A model generated the notes under the pieces. The model did not search any database. It was not told where the DNA came from and saw only the letters and a program-made list of their open reading frames with translations. A stretch of 64,000 bases of DNA, from assembly GCA_964640635.1 (NCBI GenBank), contig CAZXFD010000001.1:96163-160162 (forward strand). Reading direction: 5' to 3'. Origin of the DNA: an uncultured Gammaproteobacteria bacterium. GTDB lineage: Bacteria; Patescibacteriota; Patescibacteriia; UBA1558; S5-K13. Position 1 is the stretch's first letter. Each line of letters begins with the position of its first letter. This document shows, piece by piece, positions 38,619 through 49,193 of the stretch. Position numbers and translations under genes: made by a program.

Positions 38619-39143
38619 ATGGAAGAAAAAAAATACGATAGACCAACTTGGGATGAATATTTTATAAACATAACAGAAGAAGTAGCAAAAAGATCAAAGG
38701 ATCCATCAACAAAAACGGGTGCTGTTATAGTAGACAGTAAGCACAGACCTATATCTTTTGGTTATAATGGTTTTGTTGGAAACTGTGATGAATCCACCAT
38801 GTCATATGAGCGCCCAATAAAATATAATTTGATTATCCATGCTGAAATGAATGCTATTCTTTTTTCTAGACGAGATTTAGAAGATTGTATTTTGTATAGC
38901 CTTTACGCTCCTTGTGAAAATTGTTTAAAGCATATTATTCAGTCGGGAATAAAGCATATTATTTATAAAAATTTTGTTGTCGAAAGTAAGGCTGAACATA
39001 ATGAGGATTCTATGACAAACTCTGTTACTAATGAAGCGATTACAAGACTGCTATTATCTAGGCCCGACATAGATTGCCACAATGTTAATGGCGAAAGTTA
39101 TTTAAGAGAAATATGGGGAGATAAAATACCTAGCTTTCAATAA
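38619..39143 (+). CDS. dCMP deaminase (ComEB family)
   Basis: RPTWDEYF, RSKDP, GYNG, HAEMNAI, PCENC. Confidence 0.93.
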   Translation: MEEKKYDRPTWDEYFINITEEVAKRSKDPSTKTGAVIVDSKHRPISFGYNGFVGNCDESTMSYERPIKYNLIIHAEMNAILFSRRDLEDCILYSLYAPCENCLKHIIQSGIKHIIYKNFVVESKAEHNEDSMTNSVTNEAITRLLLSRPDIDCHNVNGESYLREIWGDKIPSFQ

Positions 39144-39144
39144 T

Positions 39145-39738
39145 ATGTCTAAAATTATTTTTGGTTTTGTAGGAGAGATTGCATCTGGCAAGGGAACTGC
39201 GGTAAAATATATTGAAGAAAAATATGGAGCAAAATCTCATAGATTTTCTGATATTTTGAGAGATCTTTTAAATAGATTAGAAATAGATAAAACAAGAGAA
39301 AATTTGCAAGACATCTCGACTTTGATTAGAGAAAAATTTGGCCAAGACACTCTCGCAAAGGTTATAGCAGGGGATGTATCAAAAGATTTAGGAGAAATTG
39401 TTGTAGTAGATGGAATAAGACTTAAAGAAGATATTGAATATTTAAAAAAGTTGCCTAATTTCTATCTAATTCATATTTATGCAGATCCTGAATTAAGATA
39501 TAAAAGACTTTTAGATAGAGGTGAAAATGTAGGTGAAGATAAGATTTCTTATGAAGAATTTTTGAAATCTCAAGAAAATGAATGTGAAATTCAATTAAAG
39601 GAAGTATCAGAACAAGCCGATATAAAAATAGATAATAATGGAACACAGGAAGAGTTAGTAGAGAAAATAGAAAGATATATTCAAGAGAAATTAAGGGAAT
39701 TAAATCAAGAAACATCACAAGAATTTAAATTAAAATAA
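39145..39738 (+). CDS. P-loop nucleotide kinase (dephospho-CoA/NMP kinase-like)
   Basis: GEIASGKGT, VVDGIR, A....RY.R...R, AD..IDN. Confidence 0.8.
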   Translation: MSKIIFGFVGEIASGKGTAVKYIEEKYGAKSHRFSDILRDLLNRLEIDKTRENLQDISTLIREKFGQDTLAKVIAGDVSKDLGEIVVVDGIRLKEDIEYLKKLPNFYLIHIYADPELRYKRLLDRGENVGEDKISYEEFLKSQENECEIQLKEVSEQADIKIDNNGTQEELVEKIERYIQEKLRELNQETSQEFKLK

Positions 39739-39742
39739 ACTT

Positions 39743-40321
39743 ATGAATAAGTTGATATGCATTGTAGGAATGTGCGGATCTGGCAAGAGCGAAGTGTCGG
39801 ATTTTTTTGTAAATCATGGTTTTTCTTATGTTCGTTTTGGTCAGATTACGCTTGATGAAATAAAAAAAAGAGAATTGGCAGTGAGCGAAGACAATGAAAG
39901 GACTATAAGAGAAGAATTTAGAAAAGAATATGGACAAGGAGCATATGCAATATTAAATATTCCAAAATTTGATGAGTTTTTACAAAATGGTAATGTGATA
40001 GGAGACGGGCTTTATAGCTGGTCAGAGTATAAAATTTTGAAAGAAAGATACGGAGAAAATTTTATTGTAATAGCGGTTTACTCTAGTCCAGATACAAGAT
40101 ATAATAGGCTGGAAAATAGAGCTGAAAAATATAGTGATGATAAGGAAAATAAGTTTCGTTCTATAGGTAGAGATAAGGCAAAGAGCCGTGATTATGCAGA
40201 AATAGAAAATATAGAAAAAGCAGGGCCGATAGCAATGGCTGATTATACTTTAGTAAATGAAACAAGTGTTGAAGATCTAAAAGAAGATTTAGAGAAAATA
40301 TATAATAAAATTTTTAAATAA
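39743..40321 (+). CDS. P-loop nucleotide kinase (dephospho-CoA/NMP kinase-like), second paralog
   Basis: GMCGSGKS, DGLYSWSE, RDYAEIENIEKAGPIAMAD. Confidence 0.8.
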   Translation: MNKLICIVGMCGSGKSEVSDFFVNHGFSYVRFGQITLDEIKKRELAVSEDNERTIREEFRKEYGQGAYAILNIPKFDEFLQNGNVIGDGLYSWSEYKILKERYGENFIVIAVYSSPDTRYNRLENRAEKYSDDKENKFRSIGRDKAKSRDYAEIENIEKAGPIAMADYTLVNETSVEDLKEDLEKIYNKIFK

Positions 40322-40753
40322 ATGAGCAACGTGAGCATAAAAATTAAAAAACTTAGAGAAGATGTTATTTTACCATCGTATGCTTTGAATGGAGACGCTG
40401 GAATGGATGTTTTTTCTTTGGATGATGTTGTAATAAATTCTGGTGAGAGGCATGTTTTTCCACTTGGTTTTGCGACAGAGATACCAAATGGTTATTGCGC
40501 TTTGATTTGGGATAAAAGTGGACTTTCTTCTAAATATGGTCTGAAGGTCTTGGGTGGAGTAATTGATTCAAATTATAGAGGAGAATATATGGTTTGTATT
40601 ATCAACTTAGGAGAAGATGTTTGTGAAATAAAAAAGGGAAATAAAATAGCTCAGATTTTAATACAGCCAATTATACAAGCTGAGTTTATAGAGGTTGAAA
40701 ATTTAAATGAGACAGACAGAGGATTAGGAAAATGGGGAAGCACAGGCAGTTAG
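40322..40753 (+). CDS. dut: Trimeric dUTP diphosphatase
   Basis: AGMD, KSGL, GVIDSNYRGE, IAQ, RG.G.WGSTG. Confidence 0.95.
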   Translation: MSNVSIKIKKLREDVILPSYALNGDAGMDVFSLDDVVINSGERHVFPLGFATEIPNGYCALIWDKSGLSSKYGLKVLGGVIDSNYRGEYMVCIINLGEDVCEIKKGNKIAQILIQPIIQAEFIEVENLNETDRGLGKWGSTGS

Positions 40754-40839
40754 CTGTCAGCTTTCAGTTTTCAGCAATTAGCTAAATACTAAAATCTAAA
40801 TACTAAACACCCACGCCTTTGGCGGGGCAAACTAAACTT

Positions 40840-42141
40840 ATGGCCAAAATATTTGTTTTTGATGAGTTTAATCCAGAAGACAACGCAATGCTTCAAGCAC
40901 TTTATTCAAGAAGTGCAAGTAGTGTTGTAGATCATGTTGAAAAAGTAAGAAAATCTGGATCTGGAAAATTTATGGAAACTTTTTATCTTGGCTATGGTCA
41001 TTCAAGTATCGCTGATTGTGGAAGTACAACTATTTTTATAGAGAAACTTAGCATATTGGCTGACAAAGCTATTCAAGATTGGCCACTTTACAGTGGGCAA
41101 GAAACAAGTACTCGCTATATTGATATGTCTAAACAAGAAATTATAGATCCATTAGGAACTAAGGAATCAAAATTGATTTTACAAAGTTGGATGGATTTTT
41201 ATATTAATAGTCAAGAAACATTAAAAAATCATATAAAAGGGCTTTATCCAAAAAAATCTGATGAAGATGATAGTATTTATCAAAAGGCTGTTAATGCAAG
41301 ATGTTTTGATATAATGAGAGGATTTTTACCAGCAGGAATTACAACTCAGCTTTCATGGCATAGTAATTTGCGTCAAGCATCTGACAAGCTTTCTCTTATG
41401 CGCCACTGGCCACTTAAAGAGGTTAGAGAAATTTCAGACGGTATTTGGAACAATCTAAAAGAAAAATATTCTCATAGTTTCAGTAATGAATTGTTTGAAA
41501 ATCAAGAAAATTATAGAGAATATTTAATGAAAGAGTATGGTTATTACATTTCAGAAAAAATAGAAAACGATTTTTCATTTTATACTGACATAAAACACGA
41601 CGAGCTTGTAAAGTATTGTGACTTATTTGATAAAAGGTCTAGCAAAACAGGACTTCCACAATTTTTAGCAGAGCTAGGTATTGTAAGATTTGATTTTTTA
41701 CTTGATTTTGGATCTTTTAGAGATTTACAAAGACATAGAAATGGAGTTTGTCGCATGCCACTTCTCACACTAAAGCACGGTTTTAATGATTGGTATTTGT
41801 CACAACTACCAGAAGACTTGAAAGTTCAAGCAGAGGACTTGATAAAAACTCAAATAAACCGTATAAATAAATTAGAAATAAGCGAGGAAGAAAGGCAATA
41901 TTACATATCACTTGGATTTAATGTCGCTTGTCGTGTATCCTATGGTCTTCCAGGGGCATGTTATGTAATAGAACTCCGTTCTGGCACGACTGTTCATCCA
42001 ACACTTAGAAAAATTGCGCACAAAATGAGTAATGAGATTATGAAAATATTTCCAGAATTAAAACTTCAATCAGATATGAGTAAGGATGATTGGGATATAC
42101 GAAGAGGAACGCAGGATATAACAGTGAAGAATGAAGGATAA
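40840..42141 (+). CDS. thyX: FAD-dependent thymidylate synthase, long two-domain form
   Basis: ALYSRS, YGHSSIADCG, QETSTRY, FDIMRGFLPAG, DFGSFRDLQRHR; ATG 40840. Confidence 0.85.
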   Translation: MAKIFVFDEFNPEDNAMLQALYSRSASSVVDHVEKVRKSGSGKFMETFYLGYGHSSIADCGSTTIFIEKLSILADKAIQDWPLYSGQETSTRYIDMSKQEIIDPLGTKESKLILQSWMDFYINSQETLKNHIKGLYPKKSDEDDSIYQKAVNARCFDIMRGFLPAGITTQLSWHSNLRQASDKLSLMRHWPLKEVREISDGIWNNLKEKYSHSFSNELFENQENYREYLMKEYGYYISEKIENDFSFYTDIKHDELVKYCDLFDKRSSKTGLPQFLAELGIVRFDFLLDFGSFRDLQRHRNGVCRMPLLTLKHGFNDWYLSQLPEDLKVQAEDLIKTQINRINKLEISEEERQYYISLGFNVACRVSYGLPGACYVIELRSGTTVHPTLRKIAHKMSNEIMKIFPELKLQSDMSKDDWDIRRGTQDITVKNEG

Positions 42142-42219
42142 AGTTTGAAGGATGAAGTAAAGGGGGTTATATTAAGATAATTTAATTAATAAAATAATTA
42201 AAAATTGGAGGAAGGTAAA

Positions 42220-42978
42220 ATGATTAAAGAAAAATTTGTCGTAATAGACGGTCTTGATGGAATTGGAAAGGGCACTGCAATAAGTGCTATTATTGATTTT
42301 TTATTATCACAAAATAAAAGAGTTTTGGACTTGGATAAATATTGGATTGATAAACATTTTCATCCAGATTTTGAAAATCCAAATTCTCCTTACTTTGTTG
42401 ATATTAATAGTTTTGATTTCATTGTTTCATCAGAGCCAACTTATTGCGGAATTGGTATGGCCATAAGGGATGAAGTTATTTCAAAAAATAGTAGAAAATA
42501 TTCAGCTAGATTTACAGCAGATTGTTATTCGCTAGATAGAGAAATACTTTATAAAAGAGTGCTTTTACCAGCACTAGAACTTGGTAAAATCGTTATTCAA
42601 TCAAGAAGTGTATCAACTTCAATAGCTTATCAATCTTTACAAGCAAAAGAAAGTAATGAAAGCTTAGGAGTTGATCAGATAATGGCGTTGGATGGAAATA
42701 GTTTTACTCTACTTTATCCTTTTGGACTCTTTATTATTCCAACCATAAAAGATGTATCTTCTCTTATGGAAAGACTCAGTAGTAGAGAAAAAAAAGATGA
42801 TTGTTCTTTTGAGAATATTGATTTTCAGCTCAAGCTTAAAGAAATTTATGAAAGCACTTGGTTTAGAGATGTTTTTGAAAGCAGAGGAGTAAAAATAGAA
42901 TACATCGATGCGAGTATCTCCATTGAAGAAACAAAGAAGCAGGCTCTAGATGTTTTTAGGAAGTATCTTGATATGTAA
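42220..42978 (+). CDS. tmk: Thymidylate kinase
   Basis: IDGLDGIGKGT, SEPT, DR, SRSVSTSIAYQ, FEN.DFQ; context next to thyX. Confidence 0.8.
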   Translation: MIKEKFVVIDGLDGIGKGTAISAIIDFLLSQNKRVLDLDKYWIDKHFHPDFENPNSPYFVDINSFDFIVSSEPTYCGIGMAIRDEVISKNSRKYSARFTADCYSLDREILYKRVLLPALELGKIVIQSRSVSTSIAYQSLQAKESNESLGVDQIMALDGNSFTLLYPFGLFIIPTIKDVSSLMERLSSREKKDDCSFENIDFQLKLKEIYESTWFRDVFESRGVKIEYIDASISIEETKKQALDVFRKYLDM

Positions 42979-42991
42979 AAAACAATAAAAA

Positions 42992-43026
42992 TAAAACACG
43001 AATAGATTAATGTTCGTGTTTTTTTT
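42992..43026. terminator. Bidirectional terminator between convergent tmk and prmC
   Basis: AAAACACGAAT..GTTCGTGTTTTTTTT. Confidence 0.7.
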
Positions 43027-43038
43027 GATATATATAAT

Positions 43039-43869
43039 TTAAAACTTTACTATCAAAACCCTATCAAATCCGGATAGGTCTTTTTTTATTTCTATATCAG
43101 CTTTTGAAGTAAATAATTCTTTGATCTTTTTTGATATTGGCTCAACTTGTTCAGGGCTAATTTCTAGGAATAGATATTGTGGATTTATATTATATTCTTT
43201 TATTTGTTTGAATAGTTTGAAATAATGAACAAGTCCAGATTTCCCAGAATATAGCGCATTACAAGGTTCATGTTTTATAGACTTATCATCCCAGTCGCTT
43301 TTTACATAAGGAAGGTTTGCGACAATGATATTAATTTGGAAGTTTTTAAATTTATTAAGTAAATCGCTTTTTACAAATTTTATTTTTTTGTTTAACCCAT
43401 GTGCTCTAGTATTTTTTCTTGCCATATTTATAGCAAAGGCAGAGTTGTCGCTCGTTATTATCTTAGTGTTTTTTTGATTTTTAGCCAAAGATACTGCAAT
43501 AGCTCCAGAGCCAGTTCCAACATCTAGAATTGTTTTATCATTTGGTTGTAATTTCAATACTTCTTCAACTAGCAATTCTGTTTCAGGTCTTGGAATAAGA
43601 ACGTGTTTATTTACTTTGAATTTTAGTCCAAAAAAATATTTATAGCCCAATATATATGCAACAGGATAATGAGTCGTTCTTTTCAAAATAAGTTTTTTGA
43701 ATTTTTTAAATTGATTTGGGGATAGATTGAAATCAGAATTTGATAAAATCCATTCTTTTTTCTTTTTTATAGTAAAACAAAGTATTAATTCTGTATCTAC
43801 GTGATAGGAGTCAATATTTTTTTCTTTTAGGGTTTGAAATCCCCAAGATAGGGCATCTTTAATTTTCAT
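43039..43869 (-). CDS. prmC: Release factor glutamine methyltransferase
   Basis: [24 protein letters not shown]; downstream of prfA. Confidence 0.95.
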   Translation of the reverse strand: MKIKDALSWGFQTLKEKNIDSYHVDTELILCFTIKKKKEWILSNSDFNLSPNQFKKFKKLILKRTTHYPVAYILGYKYFFGLKFKVNKHVLIPRPETELLVEEVLKLQPNDKTILDVGTGSGAIAVSLAKNQKNTKIITSDNSAFAINMARKNTRAHGLNKKIKFVKSDLLNKFKNFQINIIVANLPYVKSDWDDKSIKHEPCNALYSGKSGLVHYFKLFKQIKEYNINPQYLFLEISPEQVEPISKKIKELFTSKADIEIKKDLSGFDRVLIVKF

Positions 43870-44914
43870 CTCTATAATATTCTTTTAATTTTTCCAAAAA
43901 TTCTTCAATGTCCCCATTTAAAAAACCTTCTAAATTGTGTGAAGTAAGATTAATTCTATGATCTGTAACCCTGTTTTGAGGATAATTATAGGTTCTGATT
44001 TTTTCAGATCTATCACCACTTCCTACTTGATTTTTTCTATCTTTATCAAGTATTGCTTGTCTTTTTTCTTCTTCCATTGCAAGAATACGAGATTTCAAGA
44101 TTTGCATAGCTTTTTCTCTATTTTGACCTTGAGATCTTTCGTCTTGGCAGGAAACAACAAGTCCAGATGGAATGTGTGTGATTCTTACAGCAGAGTATGT
44201 TGTGTTGACAGATTGGCCACCGGCTCCAGAGGAACAAAATGTATCGATACGCATATCTTTTTCTTCTACATTTACATCAATATCTTCTGCTTCAGGGAGT
44301 ACAGCTACGGTGGCAGCGGAAGTATGAATTCTTCCAGCTTTTTCTGTTTCAGGGACGCGCTGTACACGATGAGTTCCACTCTCATATTTCAAAGTTCCAA
44401 AAGCATTATCTCCGTTAATTTGAAATATCAATTCTTTAAATCCGTTTAATTCTGTTCTATTTTCACTTATTATTCCAACTTTCCAGCCCCTATTTTCACA
44501 AAATCTAGAATACATTTTGAATAAATCTCCTGCAAATAGTGCTGATTCATCTCCACCTGTTCCAGCCCTTATTTCCATGATGGCATTTTTTTTATCATAA
44601 GGAGATGATGGATTTATTAGTTCATCTGTGTCTGTTTCGAGTTTTTTGATCTTTTGTTCAAGCTCTGTTTTCTCTTTGTTTGCCATTTCAATAAGTTCTA
44701 TATCTTCTGATTTTATAGCATCCTCACATTCTGCCAACTGCTTTCTAAGTAGTTCTAGAGCATTTATATTGTCAGTAATTTTTTTGATTTCGGCATATTC
44801 TTTTGAAACCAATTTTAGCTTTGAGTTGTCATTAAAAATAGCAGGGTCTTGCATCTGTTGCTCAAGCTCTAGATATTTGGATTTTAATTCCTTTATTTTT
44901 TCTTCGTTTATCAT
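43859..44914 (-). CDS. prfA: Peptide chain release factor 1
   Basis: [20 protein letters not shown] (PxT), [20 protein letters not shown]. Confidence 0.98.
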   Translation of the reverse strand: MINEEKIKELKSKYLELEQQMQDPAIFNDNSKLKLVSKEYAEIKKITDNINALELLRKQLAECEDAIKSEDIELIEMANKEKTELEQKIKKLETDTDELINPSSPYDKKNAIMEIRAGTGGDESALFAGDLFKMYSRFCENRGWKVGIISENRTELNGFKELIFQINGDNAFGTLKYESGTHRVQRVPETEKAGRIHTSAATVAVLPEAEDIDVNVEEKDMRIDTFCSSGAGGQSVNTTYSAVRITHIPSGLVVSCQDERSQGQNREKAMQILKSRILAMEEEKRQAILDKDRKNQVGSGDRSEKIRTYNYPQNRVTDHRINLTSHNLEGFLNGDIEEFLEKLKEYYRDEN

Positions 44915-44988
44915 ATATTTATTGTACTAAAATTTTTAGTAAAACAAAAACACCTTAAAATAATATAGGTGTTTTTGCTTGTCTTATG

Positions 44989-45270
44989 TTATTTTTCCTC
45001 TTTTTTTGCTTTTTTTGCTTTTACTGCAGCAACTTTTACTTTCTTACCTTTTCTTACTTTGGATACATCCTCACTTTTCTTTAGTCTATTTTGGTATTTA
45101 TTGATAACACCTGAATCATCAATAAGCTTTTGTTTGCCTGTGTAAAAAGGATGGCATTGTGAACATAGCTCTACATATAATTCTTCTATTGTAGATCCAA
45201 TCTCAAAAGTATTGCCACATGTGCAAGTAACCTTTGTTTTGTAGTATTTTGGGTGTATTTCTTTTTTCAT
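44989..45270 (-). CDS. rpmE: 50S ribosomal protein L31 (Zn-binding type)
   Basis: MKKEIHPKY, CTCG, CSQCHPFYTG; start ATG 45270. Confidence 0.95.
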   Translation of the reverse strand: MKKEIHPKYYKTKVTCTCGNTFEIGSTIEELYVELCSQCHPFYTGKQKLIDDSGVINKYQNRLKKSEDVSKVRKGKKVKVAAVKAKKAKKEEK

Positions 45271-45370
45271 TGATATGATATTATTTATAACTGAGTAGAA
45301 TATTAGCACAATACTTTATAAAAGGCAAGGTTTATCTATATTAAGGGGACTATGTTCTATGGGCGGGCCA

Positions 45371-45399
45371 TTGCAATTTTTTTCGTATTATGCTAATAT
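45371..45399 (+). promoter_or_regulatory. sigma70 promoter for rpsB-tsf
   Basis: TTGCAA-17 nt-TAATAT with extended TG. Confidence 0.6.
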
Positions 45400-45469
45400 T
45401 TAAACACTTTAAGGCATATATTTAAATAAAAATAATGCTTATTTTATCATTTAATTTTAAGAATACAAT

Positions 45470-46150
45470 ATGAAAACAGTATCAATATTAGATCTTTTGA
45501 AGAGTGGAGCACATTTTGGACATAAAAAATCAAAAAGGTACCCTAAAATGGAGAAATATATTTTTGGTGTCAAAGATGGGGCTCATCTTATCAACTTAGA
45601 AGAAACAATTGTTTGTTTGGAAAATGCAGTTAATTTTGTAAAAAAGACGGTTGCATCAGGAAACAAAGTTTTGTTTATAGGTACCAAAAGACAAGCAAAA
45701 TCAATAGTTAAAGAGGCTGCAGAAAAATGTTCTATGCCATATGTTATTTCTCGTTGGCTTGGTGGAACGTTTACAAATTTTGCAAATATTTATAAATTGC
45801 CAAAGAAACTCACAACATTAGAAGAGGAGAAAGCAGCTGGAATTTATGATAAACATACTAAGAAAGAAAGACTTATTATAGATAGAGAAATTATAAAGCT
45901 TAAGGAAATGGTAGAGGGTATTAGAGAAATGGACAAACTTCCAGGTGCTATTTTTGTTGTCGACATTAAAGATGACAAAACAGCAATAGAAGAAGCAAGA
46001 AATAAGAAAATTCCTATAATTGCTATCACTGATACAAACACAAATCCAGAATTGGTGGATTATCCTATTCCAGCAAATGATGACTCTGTAAATACACTCA
46101 AATTAATTTCTTCTGTTATAAGCGAAGCTGTGTTGGAAGGAAAGAAATAG
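45470..46150 (+). CDS. rpsB: 30S ribosomal protein S2
   Basis: GAHFGH, GTKRQA, RWLGGTFTN, DTN, IPANDD. Confidence 0.98.
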   Translation: MKTVSILDLLKSGAHFGHKKSKRYPKMEKYIFGVKDGAHLINLEETIVCLENAVNFVKKTVASGNKVLFIGTKRQAKSIVKEAAEKCSMPYVISRWLGGTFTNFANIYKLPKKLTTLEEEKAAGIYDKHTKKERLIIDREIIKLKEMVEGIREMDKLPGAIFVVDIKDDKTAIEEARNKKIPIIAITDTNTNPELVDYPIPANDDSVNTLKLISSVISEAVLEGKK

Positions 46151-46159
46151 GACTTCTTA

Positions 46160-46290
46160 CAAATACGAAACTCTAAACTCAAAATTCTAAACAAACGATA
46201 AATCATAAATTCCAATGTTATAAACGGTTTATTGTTTCGGATTTAAAATTTCAATATTGTTTCGTATTTCGTGTTTCTAATTTAGAATTT
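46160..46290. repeat. Inverted degenerate 7-nt repeat tract between rpsB and tsf
   Basis: AAATACGAAACTCTAAACTCAAAATTCTAAAC ... GTTTCGTATTTCGTGTTTCTAATTTAGAATTT. Confidence 0.6.
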
Positions 46291-46364
46291 ATTGACCATT
46301 GTGTGTTAATTTAAAAAATATAAATTATCAGAATAAGTAATTTAAAATTAAAAATAAAAAAGTT

Positions 46365-47147
46365 ATGGATTTATCACAAATAAAACAGTTAAGAGAAATG
46401 ACAGGCGCTGGTGTAATGGATTGTCAAAATGCCCTACAAGAAGCAAATGGTGACATGGATCAGGCTATTGAAGTGCTTAGAAAAAAAGGTCAAAAAATGG
46501 CCGATAAAAAATCTTCAAGAACAGCAAAAGAGGGTGTTATTTCTATTTCAAGAAAAGATAATAAATTAGCAATAGTTTCTCTAAATTGTGAAACAGATTT
46601 TGTAGCAAGAAACGATGGCTTTATTGCATCAGGAGCTGAATTTGCAGATAAGCTACTTGAGTTTTCTTCTTTGGAAGAGTTTGAGGCTTTTGCTAATGAC
46701 AAAATTAAGAATGAACTTATTGTAAAAATTGGAGAAAATTTACAATTAGGTAAATGTGATATTGTTGAGTCTAGTGTTATGGATTATTATATTCATTCAA
46801 ATAGAAAAATAGCAGCAGTTGTTTGTTTAAAAAATGGAAATCAAGAACTTGCAAAAGATATTGCAATGCATATTACAGCAATGAACCCACAATATTTTAT
46901 GCCATCTGATGTTCCAAGTGAGGTAATAGAAAAAGAGAAAGAAATATACAGAGAACAACTTAAATCAGAAGACAAGCCAGCAAATATATTAGAAAATATT
47001 CTAAATGGAAAGATAGAAAAATTTTATAAAGAGAATTGTCTTATTAAGCAATCATTTATAAAAGATGATAAAGTGTCTATTGAACAATTACTTAAGAATG
47101 CTGGGGATAATGTAGAAATAGAAAAATTTACAAGATACAGCTTATAA
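46365..47147 (+). CDS. tsf: Elongation factor Ts
   Basis: LREMTGAGVMDC, LNCETDFVA, IAMHI.AM.P. Confidence 0.97.
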   Translation: MDLSQIKQLREMTGAGVMDCQNALQEANGDMDQAIEVLRKKGQKMADKKSSRTAKEGVISISRKDNKLAIVSLNCETDFVARNDGFIASGAEFADKLLEFSSLEEFEAFANDKIKNELIVKIGENLQLGKCDIVESSVMDYYIHSNRKIAAVVCLKNGNQELAKDIAMHITAMNPQYFMPSDVPSEVIEKEKEIYREQLKSEDKPANILENILNGKIEKFYKENCLIKQSFIKDDKVSIEQLLKNAGDNVEIEKFTRYSL

Positions 47148-47190
47148 TATATACTAAATTATAGTTTATTATTAACTATAATTTAAGTTT

Positions 47191-47892
47191 ATGAAGAAAT
47201 TAGAAAAAATACTTATTAAATTGTCTGGAGAAACGTTGTCTAACGATGACTTTATTTTTGATTTCAAAAAAGTCGAAGACATTGCTAAGGAAATTAAAGA
47301 TGTCTATAAACTAGGAACAAAAATAGGAATTGTTGTAGGTGGTGGAAATATTTTTAGAGGTAGAATGGTAGAAAATAATGAAATTGGACGTGTTGAATCA
47401 GATACAATGGGTATGCTTGCTACAATTTTAAATGGATTATGTCTTGAAACGGTTTTTAGAAAGTGTGGTATGAAAGCAAGAACACTGGGAAGTGTTTCTA
47501 TAGATGGAGTTGTAGAAAAGTATTTCAACAAAAAAGCCCAAGAATATTGGAAAAATGGAGAAGTCCTTATATTCTGTGGTGGAACAGGAAATCCATTTTT
47601 TACAACAGATACTGCAGCAATATTAAAGGCTATAGAAATGAAAGTCGATGCAGTTTTAAAGACAACTCAAGTTGATGGAATATATGATAAGGACCCAAAT
47701 AAGTTTAAAGATGCTAAGAAATACAAAAAATTATCTTATCAAGAGGCACTAGAAAAGAAATTAAAGATAATGGATCTTACAGCTTTTGCACTTGCTATGG
47801 ATAATCATATGACTATAAGAGTTTTCAAGAATCAAAAGGGAAATCTATTAAAAGCAGTAAAAGGAGAAGATATAGGGACAATAGTTGACTAA
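47191..47892 (+). CDS. pyrH: Uridylate kinase
   Basis: KLSGE, VGGGNIFRG, GTGNPFFTTDTAA, VDGIYDKDP. Confidence 0.96.
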   Translation: MKKLEKILIKLSGETLSNDDFIFDFKKVEDIAKEIKDVYKLGTKIGIVVGGGNIFRGRMVENNEIGRVESDTMGMLATILNGLCLETVFRKCGMKARTLGSVSIDGVVEKYFNKKAQEYWKNGEVLIFCGGTGNPFFTTDTAAILKAIEMKVDAVLKTTQVDGIYDKDPNKFKDAKKYKKLSYQEALEKKLKIMDLTAFALAMDNHMTIRVFKNQKGNLLKAVKGEDIGTIVD

Positions 47893-47920
47893 GAAATAAT
47901 GGTTGAGGAACGCTAATAAT

Positions 47921-48742
47921 ATGGAAAAAAATACATCAGATAGCTTGAAAGTGGCGGTAGTAAAATTTGTCAGTTGGGATGAGGAAAGATATTTTTTGTT
48001 TGATGAAATAAAGGATGGCAATGCATTTTTGAAAAAAGGATCACAATATCTTTTTGATATATTAATTGGAGAAGACGTGGCTGAGGTCATTGAAATAATT
48101 GACAATATTCCAGAAGATTTTGATCAAAAGAAAATAGAAAAAATGATCAGGATTGCAAGCGATGAAGATGTAGATATTTCAAAAAGAAATAATCTAAACA
48201 ACAAAAAAATTCTCAGAGAATCTAGAAAAATTATCAAAAAATATAATATGGATATGAAATTATCAGATCTCCATATTTCATATGATGACGGAATAATGGT
48301 ATTTTCTTTTATAGCAGATGGTCGAGTAGATTTTCGTGAGTTAGTGAAAGAATTATCTAAAAAATATAAGAAGAAAATTAGATTATATCAACTTGGCGTA
48401 AGAGATGAGGCAAAGCTATGTGGAGATATAGGTGATTGCGGACAAATTTTGTGTTGTAAAAGATTTTTGAAAAGACTAGAAAGTATTAATACTGGCTTTG
48501 CAAGAGATCAACAAATTGCTCATCGTGGGCTAGACAAGCTATCTGGAATGTGTGGACGACTTAAGTGCTGTTTGGCATATGAAGAAAAGCATTATCAAGA
48601 ACTTATATTAAAACTTCCTCAAATTGGAGAAAAAGTAAAAACAAAAGACGGCGAGGGAGTCGTCATAGAATTATTTCCACTCAAACTTACAGCAAGAATT
48701 CGTCTTGATAAAGACGGAGCGATGATACATGTTAAATATTAA
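47921..48742 (+). CDS. ricT: PSP1-domain protein RicT/YaaT
   Basis: F.ADGRVDFRELVKEL, QLGVRDEAK, CG..LCC, LSGMCGRLKCCL.YE. Confidence 0.9.
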   Translation: MEKNTSDSLKVAVVKFVSWDEERYFLFDEIKDGNAFLKKGSQYLFDILIGEDVAEVIEIIDNIPEDFDQKKIEKMIRIASDEDVDISKRNNLNNKKILRESRKIIKKYNMDMKLSDLHISYDDGIMVFSFIADGRVDFRELVKELSKKYKKKIRLYQLGVRDEAKLCGDIGDCGQILCCKRFLKRLESINTGFARDQQIAHRGLDKLSGMCGRLKCCLAYEEKHYQELILKLPQIGEKVKTKDGEGVVIELFPLKLTARIRLDKDGAMIHVKY

Positions 48743-48847
48743 TAGCTAGTTAGCTTCGTAGCTACATAGCAAAATTAGTTTTATGATTATTATGATTTTT
48801 TAATTAACTACGTAGCTAAGTAACTGTGTAGCTAATATGCTAACTAT
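48743..48847. repeat. Degenerate 8-nt tandem repeat tract, same family as 38488-38606
   Basis: TAGCTAGT TAGCTTCG TAGCTACA TAGC ... AACTACGTAGCTAAGTAACTGTGTAGCTA. Confidence 0.65.
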
Positions 48848-49072
48848 ATGTACAAAACACAAAAAGAAAACAAAGTATTCATAAACAACTTCAAATATTG
48901 TAAGGGTTGTAGTCTTTGCGTAGAAATATGTCCAAAAAAATGTCTGACACTAAAAGACAATAATAGAGGAGTATATGGCAACGATACTGTAGAATGTAAT
49001 ATTGATTTATGTATTCAATGTAAGGCTTGCGAGAGAATTTGTCCCGATGGTGCAATAAAAATAGGAAATTAG
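48848..49072 (+). CDS. 2x[4Fe-4S] ferredoxin
   Basis: CKGCSLCVEICP and CIQCKACERICP. Confidence 0.92.
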   Translation: MYKTQKENKVFINNFKYCKGCSLCVEICPKKCLTLKDNNRGVYGNDTVECNIDLCIQCKACERICPDGAIKIGN

Positions 49073-49193
49073 TATTTACCATTCGACGTCGAGGCCTCAT
49101 GGCCGAGAGGGAATTTAGAGTTTAGTTTTTATATAGAGACGGGTTGCCTGTTTTTATTTTGCCTAATTTTGTTATTTCAATTATAATCTTTAT

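Noticed and set aside
49083-49113. GC-rich patch TCGACGTCGA-GGCCTCATGGCC after the ferredoxin gene
   Set aside because: Short palindromes only; cannot be assigned to a tRNA fragment, terminator or repeat family
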